Shown here: positions 58,077-64,000 of the stretch, one piece after another | Numbering within the stretch: position 1 is the first letter of the stretch | Layout of the letters: each line of letters begins with the position of its first letter | NCBI GenBank assembly: GCA_965218095.1 | Contig: OZ244587.1 | Location: 4,032,001 to 4,096,000, forward strand | Source of the DNA: Candidatus Poribacteria bacterium | GTDB taxonomy: Bacteria > Poribacteria > WGA-4E > PCPOR2b | Length of the DNA stretch: 64,000 nt | Direction: 5' to 3' | Program-made: the position numbers and the translations under genes | Notes under the pieces: generated by a model | What the model was told of the DNA's origin: nothing | What the model saw: only the letters and a program-made list of their open reading frames with translations | The model's database searches: none

Positions 58077-58982
58077 ATGTCAGAAAATCTTTCCAAACTC
58101 ATCACTGAGCAGCGAAATCCAAACTCAATCGATATTGATCTCAAGTCAACAGAAGAGATCGTGCAGATTTTCCACGAAGAAGATCGGAAAGCGTTTGCTG
58201 CGGTTGAGGCAGAATCTACATCGATCGCACGGGGCATCGATCTCATCACGAGAGTGTTTCGACGAGGAGGACGGCTTTTCTACATCGGCGCGGGGACAAG
58301 CGGCAGGCTCGGCGTCCTCGATGCCTCCGAATGCCCACCCACTTTCAGCACTGAGCCTGACATGGTACAGGGTATCATTGCCGGCGGGGATAAGGCGTTG
58401 CGGAGATCGGTTGAGACGGCGGAAGACCAGCCCGAAGCCGGCGCACAATCCATCCGTGAACACGAGGTCACCGATCGAGATGTGGTCGTCGGCATCGCCA
58501 GCAGTGGGCGCACGCCCTACGTACTTGGCGCATTGGAGGAAGCCCATCGAATCGGCGCAAAAACAATCCTCCTCTGCTGCACTCCACCGGCTGACAATTT
58601 GAAGGCGTTTGTGGATATCTTTATTGCACCGATTGTGGGTCCCGAGATCATTACGGGTTCAACGAGATTAAAGGCTGGGACAGCAACAAAACTCGTGCTA
58701 AACATGCTCACCACCGTCTTGATGATCAAGATTGGGAAAATTTACAACAACCTGATGGTGGATATTCAGTTGTCCAACGCAAAGATGATTGACCGGGGAA
58801 CGCGGATTATCATGGAGGTCGCAACGACGGATTACAGGACGGCACGAGCGGCGTTAGGACGCACCGGTGGCAGCGCGAAGATCGCCATTGTCATGCTGTT
58901 GAAGGGCATCGATCAGATGGAAGCCGTTGCCCTCTTGGAGCAAAACGATGGCTTTCTCCGGCGTGTCTTAGAGCGTGTGTGA
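58077..58982 (+). CDS. murQ: N-acetylmuramic acid 6-phosphate etherase
   Basis: TEQRNP, GAGTSGRLGVLDASECPPTF, GPEIITGSTRLKAGTA. Confidence 0.96.
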   Translation: MSENLSKLITEQRNPNSIDIDLKSTEEIVQIFHEEDRKAFAAVEAESTSIARGIDLITRVFRRGGRLFYIGAGTSGRLGVLDASECPPTFSTEPDMVQGIIAGGDKALRRSVETAEDQPEAGAQSIREHEVTDRDVVVGIASSGRTPYVLGALEEAHRIGAKTILLCCTPPADNLKAFVDIFIAPIVGPEIITGSTRLKAGTATKLVLNMLTTVLMIKIGKIYNNLMVDIQLSNAKMIDRGTRIIMEVATTDYRTARAALGRTGGSAKIAIVMLLKGIDQMEAVALLEQNDGFLRRVLERV

Positions 58983-59088
58983 AAAGTGGTTCTTTGCTAA
59001 CGTTCGGAAGGTTACAAAACCGATTTGCAAGGAGAGGTATGGCGTATAGAAGTATTTGAAACTGAGGCGCTTACCGGGAGGCATGAAA

Positions 59089-59853
59089 ATGGAAAATATC
59101 ATTGCATGTAATTTGAATAGCTATCGACAATTTCGTGAAGGCGCGTATCAGCACCTAGCGAAAATTGGTTTGACGAACGTCGAGATCGGCGTGCCTGCAC
59201 CAGCGGACGTCGATAAGGTTATGGCTGAACTGAAATCATACGGACTTACAGCGACCAGTGTATCCGCTCCCTGTAATGTTCAGGATGAAAATGTCGTCTC
59301 GGAATTTCAGACCACGCTGGAAGTTGGGAATCAGATGGGCGTCAAGGTCATCTTTACCAGTGTCCACGCCGGCGATCACGATCGGAACGTAATCTATGAC
59401 CGTCTGAGACAGATTGGGGAAAACGCCGCGCCGTTGGGAATCAAGGTCTGCTTGGAGACGCACCTCGATCTGGCGCACAACGCGGAGGTCGCACTCGAAA
59501 CCATGCGGGGCGTCAATCATCCGAACATCTGCATTAACTTCGACACCGGCAACGTCTATTTCTACAACCATAACGTCACCGCTGAGGGAGAGCTCAGGAA
59601 GATCATCAACCACGTCGGATCCGTCCACCTCAAGGATACCAATGGTGGCTATCAGACGTGGCACTTTCCCGCGCTTGGTGAAGGCGTGGTTGACTTCAAA
59701 GAAGTATTTCAGATCCTGAACGATATGGGGTTCTATGGGCCGTGCGCGATGGAATTGGAGGGCATTGAGGGCGAGGAATTAGACGAGGCGGGTGTGCAAA
59801 CACGAGTGGCGAAGTCTGTGGATTACCTCAAAAGCATTGGTGTGATGGATTAA
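59089..59853 (+). CDS. Sugar phosphate isomerase/epimerase (xylose-isomerase-like TIM barrel)
   Basis: LETH, NFDTGN, VHLKD, LGEG.VDF, MELE. Confidence 0.85.
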   Translation: MENIIACNLNSYRQFREGAYQHLAKIGLTNVEIGVPAPADVDKVMAELKSYGLTATSVSAPCNVQDENVVSEFQTTLEVGNQMGVKVIFTSVHAGDHDRNVIYDRLRQIGENAAPLGIKVCLETHLDLAHNAEVALETMRGVNHPNICINFDTGNVYFYNHNVTAEGELRKIINHVGSVHLKDTNGGYQTWHFPALGEGVVDFKEVFQILNDMGFYGPCAMELEGIEGEELDEAGVQTRVAKSVDYLKSIGVMD

Positions 59854-60016
59854 ATGATGTGTGATATGTCATGGTAAAACGGAACAACAATCTCTTCTCT
59901 TACCTTTTGTGCAATACGTAACACGAAATACGCGTCATCTGGAAAGTGTGGACTTAACTGAGTCAGGAAATGAACTATCCCATAGTGCGCGACAAACTTC
60001 AGGGTTGGAAAAACGT

Positions 60017-60736
60017 ATGAAACGCCTGAAAGGAAAGATTTCGATTGTGACGGGGAGCAGCAGCGGAATTGGGAAAGCGATCGCCCTCAAATTCGCAGCG
60101 GAAGGATCAAGCGTTGTCGTCACCGCACGGCGAAGCGAGTTGTGCGATCGGGTTGTCGCACAGATTCGGAAGCGAGGTGGCGAGGCCATTGCTATTCCGA
60201 CCGATGTCTTGGACGAGTCACAGGTGGAACGGCTTTTTTCGGAGACACACCAGCACTTTGGACGGCTCGATATTCTTGTCAACAACGCCGGAATTGGCGA
60301 CGGCGGCAGAATCGTTGAGGCAAGTACGGAAGTATTTGACCGGGTGATGAACACTAATTTGCGGGGCGTATTTTTCTGCTGTCGCGCCGGCTTTCGTCAG
60401 ATGATGCAAAACGAAGGCGGGACAATTATTAACATTTCCAGTGTGTGCGGCGTTGACGCATGGGCGGGTACGGGTATCTACAGCATGTCGAAATACGGTA
60501 TCATAGCCTTGACGAAGACACTGGCAGATGAAGGGCGAGAGTATAATATCAAAGCGTGTGCAATCTGTCCCGGCGGCGTTGCATCCTCCCTTGTTGATTC
60601 CCCACCCGAAGAAGTTGAGCGCAGCCAGTCCATTAGCCCGTTTGACATCGCGGAGGCGGCTGTTTATCTCGCAACGCTTGGACCAAATGCAATCGTTCAT
60701 CAGATTGTCGTGGATCGCCTCTGGGCGGACTGGTAA
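60017..60736 (+). CDS. SDR oxidoreductase
   Basis: TGSSSGIG, NNAG, YSMSK. Confidence 0.88.
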   Translation: MKRLKGKISIVTGSSSGIGKAIALKFAAEGSSVVVTARRSELCDRVVAQIRKRGGEAIAIPTDVLDESQVERLFSETHQHFGRLDILVNNAGIGDGGRIVEASTEVFDRVMNTNLRGVFFCCRAGFRQMMQNEGGTIINISSVCGVDAWAGTGIYSMSKYGIIALTKTLADEGREYNIKACAICPGGVASSLVDSPPEEVERSQSISPFDIAEAAVYLATLGPNAIVHQIVVDRLWADW

Positions 60737-60753
60737 ATAGTGATTGAACATAA

Positions 60754-61773
60754 CTAACCGGTCCGATACTTCGCCACCGCTTTCTCATCCAGCTCAATCC
60801 CCAGCCCGGGGCCTTCCGGCACGGCAATGTGGCCGTCCTTAATCTCCAACGAGTCGCCTACTAGGCTATCCTCGCGCAAGAACGGTAGCTCCCCACAGGC
60901 CCGGAGATCATTGGGCAAAGTGGACTGCAAATGAGCTGAGAAGGCCGCTTGGACCCCCAGACACAAGCCACCGGTTTGCAGCCAGATGGGACACTGCGCG
61001 ACTTCGGCGATCGCCGCTGCCTTCTTAACAAAGTTCACGTTTCCGCTCAAGTTGAAAAGGTCCGCCGCCTCCGCTCGCACCGCGTTTAGTACCACTTGAG
61101 CATCGATCAGGTGGAGCGCCTGCGGGATATCAGTTTTCTGCCGCAACAGCGGATACCAGGTCAGATTCTGCCAGGAGACCGGATTTTCAAAACAATCAAT
61201 GTTGTAGGGTTCCAACTGGCGGGCTAATTTCACGGTATCGGCCACGGAGCGAAATTTGCCTTCGGGGTCCAGGCGGATGGCATAGTCGACGCCTGCGGTC
61301 GCGCGGGTAATCGCGTCCACCTGCCGCACGACATCCTCGGGGAACGCTTTGAGCTTGTGAATCTTGAAACCCTGTGCCGCCGCCCGTTCTGCTTCCTTGG
61401 CCGTTTCCTCCGGCGGCATGTGGCAAGACCAGTAGGAGACGGGAATGCGATTACGGATTTTGTCTCCCAGTAGCCGCCAGACTGGCACACCCAATCCCTG
61501 TGCCACAATGTCGTAGCAGGCGGACTGGAAGGGGCGATCTAGGTGGGCGAGATCCATCGTCAGGAGGTCGCCCCCGATGAGCGCCTCCACCTGCGCCGCC
61601 AGAGTTTCCTTTCTTTGCCAGCGTTCCCCTAATCCCGTAAGTCCGGCGTCGGTGTGGACCTTAGCGATCGTTGTGTAACTCCGCGCCTGGAAATCGACAG
61701 CGCGAATCGCGTCGATGTAGGGGACGAGGACTTCGATGAGGTCGATGGAAGTGATCTTCATAGGTCGTGTCAT
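60754..61773 (-). CDS. Mandelate racemase/muconate lactonizing enzyme family
   Basis: GVPVWRLLG, HKLK, RLDPE, FENP, PEGPGLGIELDE. Confidence 0.88.
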   Translation of the reverse strand: MTRPMKITSIDLIEVLVPYIDAIRAVDFQARSYTTIAKVHTDAGLTGLGERWQRKETLAAQVEALIGGDLLTMDLAHLDRPFQSACYDIVAQGLGVPVWRLLGDKIRNRIPVSYWSCHMPPEETAKEAERAAAQGFKIHKLKAFPEDVVRQVDAITRATAGVDYAIRLDPEGKFRSVADTVKLARQLEPYNIDCFENPVSWQNLTWYPLLRQKTDIPQALHLIDAQVVLNAVRAEAADLFNLSGNVNFVKKAAAIAEVAQCPIWLQTGGLCLGVQAAFSAHLQSTLPNDLRACGELPFLREDSLVGDSLEIKDGHIAVPEGPGLGIELDEKAVAKYRTG

Positions 61774-61805
61774 AAATGTGTTGACTGGCTCTAAATCTGC
61801 AAGCC

Positions 61806-61940
61806 GAATTCATAGTGGTGCGTCCATGGGTCTGGATTGTCGAACGGACATTTGCGTGGCTCGGTCGTTATTCGACGATTGAGTAAGGATTACGAATGCC
61901 TCACGGACACCAGTGAGGCGCTTATTTGGGCATTCCTCCA
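61806..61940 (+). pseudogene. IS5-family (IS1031-like) transposase C-terminal remnant
   Basis: WIVERTFAWLGRY then frameshift to RRLSKDYE..TDTSEALI. Confidence 0.8.
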
Positions 61941-62419
61941 TTTCTCCACTTCCACAACTAAATTCTATCCTTGACGTCACTTACTTTATTATACTGCTAC
62001 AATAATCTAATATTTTACCTGATTTATAGGCAAGATTCAACCTTTTACTGGCAGGTTAGGGCAATCGCATCTATAAAATTGGTGACATCTGGCACGATTT
62101 TGGGCTGCCCCGTCAAATCTGGCATCCCACTGATGAGCGTGCGGTTTTCCTCGCCTCCCCTACTGTCTGGGAAAATCCAGTCACGAACCGTCGCATTTCA
62201 GTACCATGTCATCAAGAAATTCCTGATTACACCACAAGGTGAACCTGTAATATGATAACCTAAGTTGCTACCTACGAAACCTTGATGAACTCGGATCTCG
62301 GTGCTTGGAACTAGGCGCCGTGGGCTTTGGTGCCGATTAGCGATGCGTTGCCAGTTCCAAGATCCCAGTGCCCAGTACCCGACAGGGTTAGCTGATAGGT
62401 AGCAACCCGGGTTATGATA

Positions 62420-62448
62420 TTGACAAAAGTAGACTTCTCGAGTAAAAT
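62420..62448 (+). promoter_or_regulatory. Sigma70-like promoter
   Basis: TTGACA-17 bp-TAAAAT. Confidence 0.65.
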
Positions 62449-62581
62449 TTTTGAAAGAAGTCGGTGAAAGTCACCGGCAACATTCAAAATATAGATTAGG
62501 TATCAGACCATAAGGTCACGGCATTTAAGGCACCCAGGATATTGAATCGTTGCCATCTGCGACGCCGCTTTTCTAAATCCC

Positions 62582-62728
62582 CAAGGCGTGCCCGGCATCG
62601 TGTACGGTCCCGGCAGCCTGTTGGTGACTCATGCTGCAGATGAGTACATCAACATTGATGAGTTGATGGTGGTGACCAAGACCTACGCCCTGGCGACAAT
62701 GGATTGGTGTGAACGAGGCAACTGGTGA
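62582..62728 (+). pseudogene. M20 (ArgE/DapE-like) peptidase C-terminal remnant
   Basis: GVPGIVYGPGSLLVTHAADEYINIDEL..TKTYALA..DWC; no start. Confidence 0.75.
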
Positions 62729-62749
62729 AAAACCAAAAGGAGGAAGCCC

Positions 62750-64000
62750 ATGCTCAAGCCACGCATCATGTTCTACCACGATGGACGTCATCCGCTGCTC
62801 TACATGTACGAGCCACCTATGCAGAAGGAGGAGTGCGAGGCAGCGGTCGACGAACTGGTCGGTACGCCCGTAGAGGCACTCATGTTCTGCCTGGGGGATG
62901 GGCGTACCGTCCTACATGATACGAAAGTCGGCGAACTGTGGGGGCACAATGTGAAAAAGTGGCCCCATCTCATCTTTCGCCGGGCCCACCAGAATGCTTT
63001 GCATCTGATCAAAAACGGTCGCGATCCCTTGCGGCTGATCTGCGACCGCGCCCACGCCAAGGGGCTTTTGGCCTATCCCACACTGCTAGTGCAGTTGGAA
63101 AGCGGCGAGCGAGGCGGCGGTGGGTATAACATTCGCAGCTCGGACTTTCGCCTAGACAACAAGCATCTCGAGATCGGCGCCAGGGGCGACTTAGACCCCA
63201 ATTTTCCTGGCATCCACTGTGCCGATTTCATGCACCAGGAGGTCCGTGATGAGCGATTTGCCCTCATCTCCGAGGTCCTGACCAACTATGAGGTAGATGG
63301 GTTCGAGCTCCAATTCAACTTCTGGCCCTACTACTTCCACCCGGATGAGGTTGATGCGGGGCGTCAGATCATGACCGAGTGGGTGGAACGCGTCTGTGAA
63401 GCGGTCAAAAGGAGTGGATCCGAGAGGGAACTGGCCATCAGTATCCCGTCCAACGTCGAGGACTGCATGTCCCGGGGGCTGGACCCGCAGGAGTGGATGC
63501 GGCAGGGGATTGTGGACGTTCTCATCGCCCAGGCAATTTCACGTCCGGAGCTGCGAGATCCGAACGGCACCTCTCTGACATACGAACCGCCGCTGCTGGC
63601 AGACCTCCGTTTCCTGGTGGAGGCTGCCAGCGGGTCGGACTGCCGCATCCACGCTGCCATCGACAGCAACATTGACTCTGACCGTTTGGGTGAGGCGTCT
63701 ATCGAAATGGCCCGTGCTGCGGCCTGCAACTATTGGTCGCAGGGCATCGACGGACTTTACCTCAGTCAGTGGTTCGGTAACTGGCCATACGGGGCGTCGT
63801 TCTACGAGAAGCTCCGCGAGTTGCCCCATCCGGACGTTATGGCGCCCAAGGACAAGTTCTACCATATCCCCACCGAAACCGGTCGCTTGCCGAAACCCGA
63901 ATCTGGAGAAGGGCTCACGTCGCAACTGCCGGCTATCCTGGAGGTAAATCAGCCTGTTCAGTTGGTGGTCACAATCAGCGACGACCTTCCCCGGTGGGAC
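62750..64000 (+). CDS. Glycoside-hydrolase-like TIM-barrel protein (GHL10/DUF187-like), partial
   Basis: AGGAGG RBS, MLKPRIMFYHDGRH...DRAHAKG...YEVDGFEL...; open to the window end, so absent from the ORF track. Confidence 0.7.
   Translation, partial: MLKPRIMFYHDGRHPLLYMYEPPMQKEECEAAVDELVGTPVEALMFCLGDGRTVLHDTKVGELWGHNVKKWPHLIFRRAHQNALHLIKNGRDPLRLICDRAHAKGLLAYPTLLVQLESGERGGGGYNIRSSDFRLDNKHLEIGARGDLDPNFPGIHCADFMHQEVRDERFALISEVLTNYEVDGFELQFNFWPYYFHPDEVDAGRQIMTEWVERVCEAVKRSGSERELAISIPSNVEDCMSRGLDPQEWMRQGIVDVLIAQAISRPELRDPNGTSLTYEPPLLADLRFLVEAASGSDCRIHAAIDSNIDSDRLGEASIEMARAAACNYWSQGIDGLYLSQWFGNWPYGASFYEKLRELPHPDVMAPKDKFYHIPTETGRLPKPESGEGLTSQLPAILEVNQPVQLVVTISDDLPRWD

Noticed and set aside
62453-62535. 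Cobalamin/FMN riboswitch or SRP RNA
   Set aside because: Only short resemblances (GTCGGTGAAAGTC; TCAGACC-ATAA-GGT); core conserved motifs are missing.

Overview
Bacterial chromosomal window of about 50 intact genes. I found no rRNA, tRNA or CRISPR array. A secreted WD40-cohesin-dockerin protein ending in the 'LLPNYPNPFNPETWIPY' C-terminal domain suggests Candidatus Poribacteria (inference). Core content: sufCBD, moaA, map, a PTPS-folE-SDR pterin operon, two CNNM/CorC genes, eda, a Ser/Thr kinase, iolC/iolD split by the WD40 gene, fused IOR-aroE-zapA, plsC, nadK-recN, tyrS-surE-DUF368, a 10-kb partner-switching cluster with no sigma factor (4 STAS, 2 anti-sigma kinases, 2 PP2C, hybrid kinase, response regulator), MurNAc kinase-murQ and sugar catabolism genes. 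Junctions between operons carry many gene remnants, one decayed IS5 and several palindromic repeats. The most notable observation is a 30-38 bp double-hairpin repeat (GTTGA-N-CGAAG-N'-GAAATCC-hairpin, where N and N' co-vary as a base pair). It occurs between genes and also inserted in frame inside enzyme genes (PTPS, BadF-type kinase, possibly IOR), resembling Rickettsia palindromic elements. All calls come from reading motifs by eye; no searches were run.
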